A stretch of 60,213 bases of DNA, the filler included. It is 6 parts of 6 records of this genome, joined end to end, with 100 filler letters (N's around TTAATTAATTAA, not from the genome) between each part and the next. Parts side by side here need not be neighbours in the genome. Positions count along the whole stretch, not along the records: positions 20,163 to 36,323 come from SRR31147125_18361; positions 36,424 to 49,816 come from SRR31147125_18363; 4 more parts are not named here. One strand, written 5' to 3'. Each line of letters begins with the position of its first letter. Within the stretch, counting starts at the first letter, position 1. A program made the translations under genes and the position numbers. The notes under the pieces were generated by a model. It saw only the letters and a list, made by a program, of their open reading frames with translations, did not search any database and had not been told where the DNA came from. Of this stretch, positions 31,658 to 42,635 are shown one piece after another.

Positions 31658-31697
31658 AGTAAACCTCCCTGTGGTTTTGATTTATTTTTGATCATGG

Positions 31698-32531
31698 CTA
31701 ATATAATTGTTCATCTTTACCTACATCACCAAACCATTTTTCGAACGATGTGTTATACAAAGACCGAACTATGGGATTAGAAATTCGCCAACTTGCTTTA
31801 AATGCCTTTTGAGGACACCCAGTCATGCATCGATAACATCTTATACACGTGCCACCCAATATTGGGAATGGTTCCATTTTAATGTTTTGGACTGGACATT
31901 CTTTAAAACACCAGTCACATTTATCACAAAGGTCGGTTTGAAGTTTGGGTTTAGGTAGTAATAATCGGACCATAAAATCCGGATTTATGTATCCCACTAT
32001 GTCATAGAATCCCAATTTAAATGAAAGCTTTTCAGTTTGGTTTTTTGGTAAAAGTCCGGTGGCACCATTCGTTATATGTTCAGATAAAGCAAAAGCAAAC
32101 TGTTTTGTACGGTCAAGATCTTTTGAATCGGGTCGATTTGGAAAACGTCCGGTAAGACATGGTGCAGGATGAAAAAGTTCACCCCGGACCAAAAGGCCAG
32201 CAATGACATCCGCTTTTTTAGAACGTAATATCCTGGATAAATCAAACAAGACTTTTCCAGGTGCTCCTCCTGTGGAAGCGAATACAAAAGCAGGTTTTTT
32301 TTCAAGAGATTGAAGGGATCTTAGAAAGTTTTTGACCGGAGTAGGGGCCTGACTGGCAAAGCACGGTGTGCCTATTCCGAGTAAATCGCAATTCAAGACA
32401 TCTTTAGGATTGGCGTTTTCCAGTGTTAATAGCCTGACAGAATGTTCTTTTTGTTGAAACGATTCTTGCAACGTTTTCGCGATTTTTAAAGTATTACCAG
32501 TCTGAGAAAAATATACGAGTGTAATATTCAT
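31698..32531 (-). CDS. EFR1-family flavodoxin-ferredoxin protein
   Basis: YFSQTGNT flavodoxin motif plus two CxxCxxCxxxCP clusters. Confidence 0.88.
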   Translation of the reverse strand: MNITLVYFSQTGNTLKIAKTLQESFQQKEHSVRLLTLENANPKDVLNCDLLGIGTPCFASQAPTPVKNFLRSLQSLEKKPAFVFASTGGAPGKVLFDLSRILRSKKADVIAGLLVRGELFHPAPCLTGRFPNRPDSKDLDRTKQFAFALSEHITNGATGLLPKNQTEKLSFKLGFYDIVGYINPDFMVRLLLPKPKLQTDLCDKCDWCFKECPVQNIKMEPFPILGGTCIRCYRCMTGCPQKAFKASWRISNPIVRSLYNTSFEKWFGDVGKDEQLY

Positions 32532-32882
32532 TTTTGGCCTCCGAAGAGATTTGAAATGAATCTTTTTTTGATTTTGCACAACTATTAGCTCATCTTCTAT
32601 ACAGCTTTAGCGAGAGAGCAAAGATACCATTGCTGTGCACAAAGTTACCTATTTGCACCACCATAACACGGTCATGTACAGCCAAGATTATGCGGTCAAT
32701 TGCCTCGAGTATGATGCCCGTCTGACCGATGGATTATCGTCTGCAATTGCCAAAGTTATTAAAAACAGAATAGTGATTTAAGCGCAAAGTCGAAATTCCC
32801 ATTTATAAAGCTAACAGCAATCCGTTTAACCCGGTCCCAACCTTATCGAAAGGATAGGGGGCTATTGAGATTGCTACCCGCT

Positions 32883-33299
32883 CTAACCCAACGGCGGAAT
32901 CACGCCAAGCTGCTGCAACATGCCCAGGGAATCTATGTTCGCCCAGAGTTCCACTATCTTGCCATCCGAGATGCGAAAAATTTCGATTCCCGTGACGACC
33001 AGTTTGTTGCCTGTTGCCGGGATGCCCATGTAATCGCCCGTATGTGTGCAGCGGGCTGTCCAACGTTTCGTCACCTTGTCTCCTTCGGCGACCAGATCAT
33101 CGGTGGTGATATGCAGGTCTGGAAAGCCGCCAAAGTATGCGGCAGCGGCTTCCTTGAACTGCTTCAGGTTTGTCTGTTTGCCGTGTTCATGGCCCACATA
33201 GTCCGCGGAGAAAAAATTATCTATTAAGGCCATATTTCCTGTGTTCCAGAATTCCTCAGTCATACGCATGACCAGTGCCTTGTTAACTTCTGTTGACAT
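32883..33299 (-). CDS. SnoaL-like ester cyclase
   Basis: FPDLHIT, VAEGDKV, THTGDYMGIPATG and DSLGMLQQLG motifs. Confidence 0.9.
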   Translation of the reverse strand: MSTEVNKALVMRMTEEFWNTGNMALIDNFFSADYVGHEHGKQTNLKQFKEAAAAYFGGFPDLHITTDDLVAEGDKVTKRWTARCTHTGDYMGIPATGNKLVVTGIEIFRISDGKIVELWANIDSLGMLQQLGVIPPLG

Positions 33300-33595
33300 G
33301 GGATATTCTCCTTTATTTTGAGTTATGACTCTGTACATATTTGAGTCTGTTGATGTTGCTGGTTGCTGACGTTATGCTTAACATTTATTTCAGCGACACG
33401 AAAAAAATGCAACCGAACAACCAGGGAAATTATTAACTAACACCAAATAACTGTGCTTCAAAAAACACAGAGCGTTCGTATCCAGTGAATGAATATGGCA
33501 TTTCGAAAAAACGCTTTGACGTACAATCCTTTTATTAATATAAATAAGGTATAGTCATCTTGTTTGTTTTTCAAATTTATAAAATTTCAGAATCG

Positions 33596-33937
33596 CTAGG
33601 ACGATTCTTGTATCTTTTTCGCAACGTGCGACATGACTTCCCAGAATTCTTTTTTAGGGCTGAATTCCACCGAGCAGATATCTTCTTTTATCACCGCCGT
33701 GTGATTTGGCGGGAAATAGAACACGTCACCAGCTGTCACCTCTTCCTCAGTGCCATCTAAATACTTTATAACCATCGTCCCCTTTAGCACGTATCCCCAA
33801 TGCGGGGAGTGACACATGTTGTTGGGTAGTCCTTCTAACATTGTATCAACATCTATTCCTTTGGGGAATTGCTGGTAGGCGGGTACCAAATCGCCAAATT
33901 CTGTTTTCTCAGGAATACTCTCTTTATTGAAATGCAT
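33596..33937 (-). CDS. Cupin domain protein
   Basis: CHSPHWGYVLKG...AGDVFYFPPNH...EFSP. Confidence 0.85.
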   Translation of the reverse strand: MHFNKESIPEKTEFGDLVPAYQQFPKGIDVDTMLEGLPNNMCHSPHWGYVLKGTMVIKYLDGTEEEVTAGDVFYFPPNHTAVIKEDICSVEFSPKKEFWEVMSHVAKKIQESS

Positions 33938-34063
33938 GTTTATTTCCTCCTGTTTTATATGATAACGTCATTATAACCTGATTCTCAGGAATGCCCAGGC
34001 AAAGCTTTCTAATTTAAAGGTTCAATTAGCAGCAATGCCGACGAGATCCAATTGTTAGATGAT

Positions 34064-35164
34064 TCACTGATTTTTAACATGAATACAATACACTCCCTTT
34101 CCTTCTATACCCGGTTGGAAGCAAGCATTATCTGACACACATTCTGATTCCCGGGTATCCCCTGACTCCCATCGTTTAATCAAATCAGGTTCCCTAATCA
34201 GGGGACGGCTCATAGCAACGTAATCAGTAATTCCTTCCTCGACCAGTCTCTGGCAGACATCATAAGAACGGATTCCTCCTACGAGTATCAAGGGAATCCC
34301 AATTTCTTGTTTATATCGCTTTGCTGCTTTTTCATAATAGACTCCGTCGTTCCCAATTTTTGCGAAGGAAATGTTGGGATTTTCCATAAAAAGTCCCAAG
34401 ACCGTCCCACCACTCAGTTCTATTGCATCAACACCTAATTCCTCAAGCATTTTTGCAACCTGAAGCATTTCATCTATACAAAAACCACCATCAAGAGAAT
34501 CTTCTGTATTCATCTTGACCAAAAGAGGGAAGCGATCTCCAACGGCATCTCTGATGCTTTGAACAATCTCCAAAACTATTCTAGCTCGATTTTCCAGATT
34601 TCCGCCATATTCATCTTTTCTTTTGTTGAAAAATGGTGAAAGAAATTGACTCAAGAGATAGCCATGGGCGGCATGAATTTGTATCCCGTCAAAACCGGCT
34701 TTCTTAGCTCGAACTGCTCCTTCGGTGAAGGCTTTGATTGTTCCATGAATCTCCGTTTTCGTCATTTTCCTGCCCATCGGACCCTTTTCAGTCGTCATAA
34801 CAGATGGACCCATTGGTTCCTGTCCGGTCAGTTGAGAGTAGGAAAAAAGTCCTCCATGAGCCAATTGCATCAGGATTCTTCCACCTGCTTTGTGGACAGC
34901 TTTTGCCATTTTCGTAAGGCCTGGAAGAAGATCGTCACTATAGATCCCTAGTTGAAATGGTGCTGCCTGGCTCTCTCGATTGATGAAAGCGTATCCACTG
35001 ATTATGAGCCCGGTATTACCTATTGCGAGTTTTTTCATGAGATCAATGAGTTTTGGTGAACAAGAGCCATCTTCCAGAGCAATTCCTTCCCATGTTGCTG
35101 AACGAACAAACCTGTTTTTTAGGTTCATGGAATTAATGGACGTTGTTTCAAAGAGATGTGGCAT
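34064..35164 (-). CDS. NADH:flavin oxidoreductase (Old Yellow Enzyme family)
   Basis: KNRFVRSAT, QLAHGG, AGFDGIQIHAAHGYLLSQFLSP and RPLIREP motifs. Confidence 0.93.
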   Translation of the reverse strand: MPHLFETTSINSMNLKNRFVRSATWEGIALEDGSCSPKLIDLMKKLAIGNTGLIISGYAFINRESQAAPFQLGIYSDDLLPGLTKMAKAVHKAGGRILMQLAHGGLFSYSQLTGQEPMGPSVMTTEKGPMGRKMTKTEIHGTIKAFTEGAVRAKKAGFDGIQIHAAHGYLLSQFLSPFFNKRKDEYGGNLENRARIVLEIVQSIRDAVGDRFPLLVKMNTEDSLDGGFCIDEMLQVAKMLEELGVDAIELSGGTVLGLFMENPNISFAKIGNDGVYYEKAAKRYKQEIGIPLILVGGIRSYDVCQRLVEEGITDYVAMSRPLIREPDLIKRWESGDTRESECVSDNACFQPGIEGKGVYCIHVKNQ

Positions 35165-35426
35165 AGTGTTATCTCCTTAAAAAATATAGAACATGTTACA
35201 AATTTGATTACGATATGTTGATGTAAACATTTTCGGAATACATATAATAAATTTCGCTTAATGAGCATTAGTGGTTGAAATTGCATAAAATAAACTTTGA
35301 TAACAGAAGAAATGATAAAGAATTATCCACATCATCTTTTAACTGATATAGCAATTTCAATCCAATGTATACATTGTTAGCTATTAATTGCTCGTGATTT
35401 TATTCATATCTTTCAGAATTGATAAA

Positions 35427-36260
35427 TTATAAATGTCGTGATAACCATTTTTCAGTGTCCTTAAAGACTTGTTCTTTGATAGTATCCTTAAAAAGCTCAT
35501 GGTAACCACCTTTGTATTCTTTCAGTTCTGCATCATGATATGTAACATTATTGATAAATTTACGACTCCCTTCAATAGATGCCAGTTCATCATTTGTGCC
35601 ATGCAAGATTAGCAAAGGAAGTGAAAATTCATTAGAATGAGTATGTACCCAATCGACTGTTTCGATTAATTGCATAGCGAGTCGGGGTGTCGCTTTTCCG
35701 TGGAAAAACGGATCCTGCAAAGTGGCTTGAACTACTTTGGGATCACGAGAGGTCTTTGTCATGTCTAATCCTGTAGATATCGGAAAAAACGGCCACACCT
35801 GATTGAGAATTCGAGCGACTGTCCATAAGATAGGAGATATATTTATCTTTCCGATAGCGGGTGCAGAACAAATTGCGCCGCTAATACCCTGAGAAGTTCG
35901 AATACAGTAATCGAGAACAATGATACCGCCTAAACTATGACCAAAAATAAAAATGGGAAGATTTGGTTGTTCATGATTAACTAATTTTAAAAATTTTCCC
36001 AGGTCTTCTCTGAATTCGTTCCAGTGGTTAATATAGCCGCGACGTCCAGGTGACTGACCACTTCCTCGTTGGTCAAAGGCATAAATTGCATAGTTGCATT
36101 GTACAAAGTGGTTCGCAATATTTGTGTGTCGGCCACTGTGGTCACCATTACCACCATGGATAATAACTAAAACTGCACGTGGAGATTGTTCTGGTAGCCA
36201 AACTTGATAAAAAAGCTCTAGTTTTCCTGCACCTTCGAAGGTGCCTTTGGAATATTTCAT
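35427..36260 (-). CDS. Lysophospholipase/monoglyceride-lipase-like alpha/beta hydrolase
   Basis: DQRGSGQSPG, GHSLGG, LHGTND and YHEL motifs. Confidence 0.9.
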   Translation of the reverse strand: MKYSKGTFEGAGKLELFYQVWLPEQSPRAVLVIIHGGNGDHSGRHTNIANHFVQCNYAIYAFDQRGSGQSPGRRGYINHWNEFREDLGKFLKLVNHEQPNLPIFIFGHSLGGIIVLDYCIRTSQGISGAICSAPAIGKINISPILWTVARILNQVWPFFPISTGLDMTKTSRDPKVVQATLQDPFFHGKATPRLAMQLIETVDWVHTHSNEFSLPLLILHGTNDELASIEGSRKFINNVTYHDAELKEYKGGYHELFKDTIKEQVFKDTEKWLSRHL

Positions 36261-36323
36261 ACTGGCTATTACCTCCTAACTTTTCTTTATATTATAGGGT
36301 TTCACAAAACTCAGATCTTGTTG

Positions 36324-36423
36324 NNNNNNNNNNNNNNNNNNNNNNNNNNNNNNNNNNNNNNNNNNNNTTAATTAATTAANNNNNNNNNNNNNNNNNNNNN
36401 NNNNNNNNNNNNNNNNNNNNNNN
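36324..36423. other. Artificial contig linker
   Basis: N44-TTAATTAATTAA-N44. Confidence 0.98.
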
Positions 36424-36451
36424 TTTGTGGGGGGAGTGAGGAGCTATCTTC

Positions 36452-37084
36452 ATGACAACCGAACGGCGTATGATCTCTCTGGGGCTGTCCGAGCAGCAGT
36501 TTCCAGAAGGTCAACATATCTGCTACATCTACAACGATGACACCGAACGTCTGCAAACCATGGCCAAGTATCTGAAGAGCGGTCAGGAAGCCAAAGAGAA
36601 GCTGCTCTACCTGGTCGATGCCATGACCACGGAAGAGATGGTCACCTACCTCGCAACCCAGGGCATTGATCTGGATCATGCAAAGCCCGGCAGTCTCAAC
36701 CTTTCTGAAGCCACCCCCGCCTATTGCCCCTCCGGCTTTTTCAAAACAGAAGAAATGCTCGACCTGGTGCGGGATTTTTACCTCGGAGCCTTGGACGAAG
36801 GCTATGCCGGAGCGCGCGGGACCGGAGAGATGAGTTGGTGCCTGTCTCAGGAGCAAACCCGCCACATCGACCTGATGGAGTATGAAGCCCGTCTGAACAA
36901 CCTGGTCAAAGACTACCCCTACACGGCGTGCTGACAGTACGATGCCCGTCAGTTTGACGGCCAGACAATTATGGATGTTCTCAATGTTCACCCGGCGATG
37001 ATCGTTAATGGTCAGATCGTAAAAAATCCCTATTACATCGACCCGGAAGAGTTTCTTGTGAAGTTAAGAAAGCGTCACGCATGA
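36452..37084 (+). CDS. MEDS (DcmR-type sensory) domain protein, predicted selenoprotein (UGA at 36932-36934), 210 aa
   Basis: GQHICYIY, RGTGEMSW and YEARLN motifs. The reading frame continues past UGA as QYDARQFDGQTIMDVLNVHP...NPYY and ends at a TGA overlapping the next ATG. Confidence 0.85.
36946..36960 (+). promoter_or_regulatory. SECIS-like hairpin of the MEDS gene
   Basis: CCGTCA-GTT-TGACGG, starting after an 11-nt spacer from the UGA. Confidence 0.7.
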
Positions 37085-40000
37085 CTCCCGGCGAACTTCA
37101 GACCCTCGGTCAATTTCTGCTGCTGCAAAACGCACTGCATATCGCGACCAACCCTCGCCAGATGGGTGAATTGGTCTGTGCGACACTGTCTGAAGTTCCG
37201 GGTATTCACTCCGTCGCAATCTACCTTGACCAGACAAAGGTCGCTCAAACCTACGGAACGGATGACTCTCTTTTCGACTGGCCGCATACAGCTCAGGTGA
37301 ATGACAGCTTCTTAACCGACGAATCCAACAGTATTTCTATCGTCCGCATTGAGAAAGGTCGAAACACGTTCGGCTTTATTGCTTATGTCTGCGGCTTGTC
37401 GATCGATTGCCAACCCTACCGCCCTCACATCGAAAATACCGCCCATATTTTTGCCCTGCTGCTGCAGAACAAGGAGCAGTCCGCACTGATTGAAGCGACG
37501 AACAGAAATCTTGAAGATCAAGTCGCAGAACGCTTTCGCTCATTGCAGCAAAGCGAAAACCGCCTACGTCTGGCTCAGAAAGCCGCGAAGTGCGGCCTCT
37601 GGGATTGGGACATCAAAAAGGATATTGTTTTTTTCAGCCGGGAATATTTCACCCTCGCCGGTTATGAGCCGGATGCGTTTCCGCACTCTTACAATGAGTG
37701 GAGATTACGTGTTCATCCCGACGATCTGGAAGAAACAGAACAGAGCATCAAAGACTATCTTACGGGAAAAGCGCCTAACTTTTCTGTCGAATTCCGTTTC
37801 AAAACATCCGACGGTGGTTGGGTGTGGCTTCTGTCCCAGGGAGAGATCACGGAACGTGATTCAGAGGGAAATCCCTTACATATCTGTGGTCTCCACATCG
37901 ATATCAGTGATAAAAAGAAATTTGAACAGCGGCTCATCGCCAACGAATACAAATACCGGACCCTTCTGGACAACCAGAACGATGCAATCTTCGTTCATAA
38001 ATTAGAACAAAAAGGATACAGCACCTTCACTGAAGTCAACCGGGAGGCGGTCGAACGCTACGGATACTCCCAAGAAGAGCTCTATCAGATGACCCCGGCT
38101 GACCTTTCATCAGCGGCCATCCAGCCCCCTCACCTGAACATCCGATGTCCAAGCTCAGAGAATCCGGGCAGGCCATTTTTGAATCGATTCATGTCAGTAA
38201 ATCGGGAGAACAGATCCCTGTCGAAGTCAGTGCACAACTGATTGATCTGGACAACGAAAAATACATTCTCGCTTCGGCAAGAGACCTGCGTGAACGGCTC
38301 AAAGCCCGGGAGGCACTCCATCGAGTCATTCAGGAGTGGCAGACGGCTATGGATGCCTTTGAGGACATCATTTACCTGCTTGATAACGACCGCTGTCTGG
38401 TTCGGGCAAACAAGGCATTTTACAAGGTCCTGAACGTCACACCGGAAGAAGCGAAAGGGCAACTGATCTCACAAATTATGCACCCGGACGGTGACGATAT
38501 GACCCGTGATGTTTGCCGCGCTCAGATCGAAAAGTACGACCTGGTCACCGTTCAGGAACCGAGTGACCCGAACAACCCGACGGGCAAACCGATCGAAATC
38601 TCGGTTAAAATCATCCGTGATGAGCAGGACAGGTCGACCGGGATTCTGATGACCCTGCATGACCTGACCCATACACGTCAGATTGAACAGCAGATCCGTG
38701 AAAGTGAAATTAAGTATCGCACGCTTGCAGACTACACCTACGACTGGGAGGCCTGGATCAGCCCTAAAGGGGAATACATTTATATTTCTCCTTCCTGCGA
38801 ACGCGTGACCGGCTACTCACGGGAAGAGTACATCGCCAATCCAGGTTTGCTGTTCGATATTATCCCCGAGGAGCACAAAAACTCTGTCGCCACTCATTAC
38901 GAAGAGAAAAATGCGAACAGGGATCCCTATCACGATATGATTTTCCCGATCATTCACAAAAATGGTGAGCAGCGCTGGATCGAGCATCACTGTACCGCTG
39001 TTTTTGATGAAAAAGGTCGCTACCTCGGCCGGCGGAACAACAATAGAGATATCACCATTCGCAAACTGGCCGAGGACAAACATCTGGAACTTGAAGAACA
39101 GCTTCGTCAGAAATACAAAATGGAAGCGATCGGCATCATGGCCGGCGGGATGGCCCACAACTTTAACAACAACCTCTCCATCATCCTTGGAAATATCGAG
39201 CTGTCAAAACTCAACAAAAATGATCGGGACGCCATCGATCGCTACCTGGATAACGCCAAGATAGCAGTCCTTCGATCACGTGACCTGATCAAGCAGATCA
39301 TGCTCTACAGCCGCCAGGAATCCCAAAAGAAAGAGCAGCAGAATGCGGTTGAAATCATCGACGAAACACTCAAGCTTTTAAGCGCGACCCTGCCAAGCAC
39401 CATCGAATTGTCCGCGGACATTTCGCCTTTGATGAAAGACAGCTATATTATTGCGGACGCATCTCAAGTTCAGGAATGCATCATCAACCTGTGTAACAAC
39501 GCCATGCAGGCCATGGACGAGAAAGGTCGTATTGTTCTGAAACTTGAGATCGCAACTTTGACAAGCCAGCAGATCCCGGCTCAGTTCAATGCGCTTCCCG
39601 GTGAATACATCGAAATCAGCATCTCGGACACCGGCTGCGGCATGACTCAGGACATCCTGGAAAAGATCTTTGATCTTTTCTATACAACCAAACCGGTCGG
39701 TCAGGGGACGGGTGTTGGTCTGTCCACGGTTCAGGGCATCGTCAAAGAACACCATGGTATCATCAAGGTCAAAAGTGTGCCTGATCACGGCTCCACGTTC
39801 AGTCTTTTCTTCCCGAAATCGGACCAGGCAGACCTCGGCCCTGACCAACCACTGGCTGAAGGAAAAAATATAAACCGTGAAGCACGCATTCTGTTTGTCG
39901 ATGACGATGCGATGATCTCAGATCTGGGCGTGCAGATCCTGACAGAAGTTGGATACGACGTCGTTTCAATGACGGACAGCTCTGCCGCACTCGAATTTTT

Positions 40001-40241
40001 CAAGGACAACGCTACCGACATCGACCTGGTCCTGACCGACCAGACCATGCCCGGGCTCACCGGCAAAGAGCTGATCCAGCAGATCAAAGTGATCCGCCCT
40101 GAGACCGCAACCATCCTCTGCACAGGCTACAGCAGTCAGGTCAACGAGGATGAGGCTGAAAAAATCGGCGTGGATGCCTACCTGGAAAAACCGATCGACT
40201 TCTCGACCCTGACAAAGGTCGTCAGAAACACTTTGCAATAG
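37081..40241 (+). CDS. Hybrid histidine kinase (GAF-like, several PAS, HisKA, HATPase, REC), frameshifted near 38130-38145
   Basis: ORFs 37081-38241 and 38145-40241 break within one PAS domain. Motifs: GLWDWD, VHPDD, AGGMAHNFNN, NLCNNA, DTGCG, GTGVGLS and DLVLTDQTMP. Confidence 0.88.
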
Positions 40242-40322
40242 TGTCCCCTGCTGCTACTCGGTACATTCGGCGGCTGTCAGCTACTCTTTTTTCATCTCGT
40301 ATTGATTCTTAAGCGGATGACT

Positions 40323-41966
40323 TCACTGACGATTTTCACAGACATGTCGACGCGCATGTTCAACCGTCTGATCCAGATCGTGAAAAATATGGTCAGGTCT
40401 CAAAATGGAGGCGATATCGAGGCGTAAAAGTTTTGCCTTGATATCTTCATTCACAACAACAAAAGGCATGATCTCTTTTTCTTTGAGTTTCAGAATGATC
40501 TCCGTCAAAGCAAAAAAGGCAGACAGATCGATAAATGGGACCTTGGTACAATCAAAGATGACAAGCTTCGTTCCGAGCATTTCGCCAACCTGCCCAACGA
40601 CCTGGGAGGTCGAACCGAAAAAAAACGGCCCGTCGATCCTAATAATGCGAATATGAAAACTGTCATCAAAGGTGTGATTTTGACACTCGTTGACGCCCTT
40701 GACCGGGACATCCAACTCACTGACTGACAACTGCATCAGCCGGGTGACCCTGATGGTCAACAGAATGGAAGCCAGAACGACGCCGACACCGACCGCCACG
40801 ATTAAATCAACAAAAACAGTCAGAAACAGAACTGCGACCATGACGGCAAGATCATGCTTCGGTGCTTTTCTCAGCAACTTTAAAAATCGGTAGTCAACAA
40901 TATCGAGGCCAACCTTCAGAAGAATGGCCGCAAGAACAGCCATAGGGACCATCGAAGCGTATGAACCAAGGCCCAGCAGGATCGCTAACAGAATGACGGC
41001 ATGCAATGCACCAGACAGGCGGCTGTTGCCACCCGATTTCACATTAACGACCGTACGCATGGTCGCACCGGCCCCGGGCAGCCCTCCAACGAAGGCAGAG
41101 AGAGCGTTCCCCAAGCCCTGACCAATCAATTCGCGATTCGGATTGTGGGTGGTTTTTGTCAAAGAATCAGCCACCAGTGAGGTCAGCAGACTGTCAATCG
41201 CTCCGAGAACTGCAAGGCTCAAAGCGGCAGAGACAATCAAAGACGCCTGTTCAATGCTGAAACTTGGCCAACTGACAGAAGGCAGACCTGATGGGATAGC
41301 ACCAATCGTTGGGACCTGAAACCCGAATACGCGCGTGATCGCGGTCACGAGCAGAAGTGCTATCAATGGTGTCGGAACGACCCGAGCGATCTTTTTAGGG
41401 GTCAAAAAAACGATCACCAAAGCTATCAGGCTAACGACAACAACATCCCACTGAATTGATGATCCCAGTTGCGCAAGTGCGACAACCGCCTGGAGGGGAG
41501 AGTTCATCCCCTCAACCCCAAACAGAGGATTGATTTGCAGCAGAATGATAATGATCCCGATCCCACTCATAAACCCTGAGATAACCGGATACGGAACATA
41601 TTTGACGAATTTTCCAACCCTCAAAAAGCCGAGCAGAATTTGAAATAGTCCCGTCAACAGCACTGCCGCCATCAGGAGCGTGATATCCCCGTGGAACAAA
41701 ACGAGCGTCGATGCGGCAACAATCGTCATCGGCCCGGTCGGACCAGATATCTGAATTTTTGTTCCACCACTGAGTGACGCGACAAAACCGAGAACAATAG
41801 CGCCATAAAGACCGGCCTGAGCGCCGGCACCGCTGGCCACACCAAAAGCCAGCGCCAGAGGCAGAGCGATGATACTCGCGGTCACACCGCCGAACAGATC
41901 TCCAACCAGTGATTGACATCCAGGTAACTTCATCCTGCCTTTTGGCTCTCTTTCTGTGGCAATCAT
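40323..41966 (-). CDS. SulP family inorganic anion transporter with STAS domain
   Basis: ALPLALAFG, QISGPTGP, RELIGQGLGN, GATMRT and DGPFFFG motifs. Confidence 0.93.
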   Translation of the reverse strand: MIATEREPKGRMKLPGCQSLVGDLFGGVTASIIALPLALAFGVASGAGAQAGLYGAIVLGFVASLSGGTKIQISGPTGPMTIVAASTLVLFHGDITLLMAAVLLTGLFQILLGFLRVGKFVKYVPYPVISGFMSGIGIIIILLQINPLFGVEGMNSPLQAVVALAQLGSSIQWDVVVVSLIALVIVFLTPKKIARVVPTPLIALLLVTAITRVFGFQVPTIGAIPSGLPSVSWPSFSIEQASLIVSAALSLAVLGAIDSLLTSLVADSLTKTTHNPNRELIGQGLGNALSAFVGGLPGAGATMRTVVNVKSGGNSRLSGALHAVILLAILLGLGSYASMVPMAVLAAILLKVGLDIVDYRFLKLLRKAPKHDLAVMVAVLFLTVFVDLIVAVGVGVVLASILLTIRVTRLMQLSVSELDVPVKGVNECQNHTFDDSFHIRIIRIDGPFFFGSTSQVVGQVGEMLGTKLVIFDCTKVPFIDLSAFFALTEIILKLKEKEIMPFVVVNEDIKAKLLRLDIASILRPDHIFHDLDQTVEHARRHVCENRQ

Positions 41967-42635
41967 CTATCCAAGGTAGCGGCTCTCAAGAGCCGAAATA
42001 TCGTCCGTAAGCTGCCTGCGGTTCAGTTGTTTTTGCAACAGAGTAAAGAAATCAGCCTCCATCAACAAACGTTGAAGCCTGGTTTTAACAATCAACCGTT
42101 CTGTTTTATTTGCAGCCAACAGCAGAATGACAAGATAGGTGTCGACCCCATCAATGGCTTTAAAATTCATGGGCTCTTCAAGGTAAGCAAAGATCAACTT
42201 TGTTGTGTCTATTTCATAGGACCCATCGAGCTCCGGGGTCAAAAAAGAAACGCCCTGCAACGATGATGAGATGATCGACTCTCGATAGAGAATATTTTTT
42301 TTGATGCCAAGCCCTTGCTCTGGCGACAACGCATCGAGCATACCGAGAACGTCGTCCAGCAGTTCATCACGGTCACTGCCATGAACCCGGTAGCTTATCA
42401 GGCCGTTGACCAAAGCATCGACAACACGGATCTGGCTATTAATAGGCATCTTCCCAGGTTCTGATGAACGAGAGGCCACAATCCATTTGTCAATTTTCTC
42501 GCTGTTAAACCGCCACTGTCCACCTATCTTGATCGCAAAAGGGATCATACCGTCCCCGAGCATGCGATAAACTGTCTTCTCGGACACCCCTAAACGAACG
42601 GATAGCTCTTTGACAGACAGGAAAGCCTTGTCCAT
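41967..42635 (-). CDS. Excisionase/MerR-like HTH fused to a PTS EIIA(Ntr)-like domain
   Basis: LSVKELSVRLGVSEKTVYRM...IPFAIKIGGQWRF, then EIIA-like RESIISS and FKAIDG. The likely start is MDKAF after GGAG. Confidence 0.8.
   Translation of the reverse strand: MDKAFLSVKELSVRLGVSEKTVYRMLGDGMIPFAIKIGGQWRFNSEKIDKWIVASRSSEPGKMPINSQIRVVDALVNGLISYRVHGSDRDELLDDVLGMLDALSPEQGLGIKKNILYRESIISSSLQGVSFLTPELDGSYEIDTTKLIFAYLEEPMNFKAIDGVDTYLVILLLAANKTERLIVKTRLQRLLMEADFFTLLQKQLNRRQLTDDISALESRYLG

Noticed and set aside
33436-33470. AACTAAC half-site resembling an attC arm
   Set aside because: No complementary second arm was found.
36368-36991. 207-aa minus-strand ORF and similar antisense ORFs in contig E
   Set aside because: They are shadows of well-supported genes on the opposite strand.
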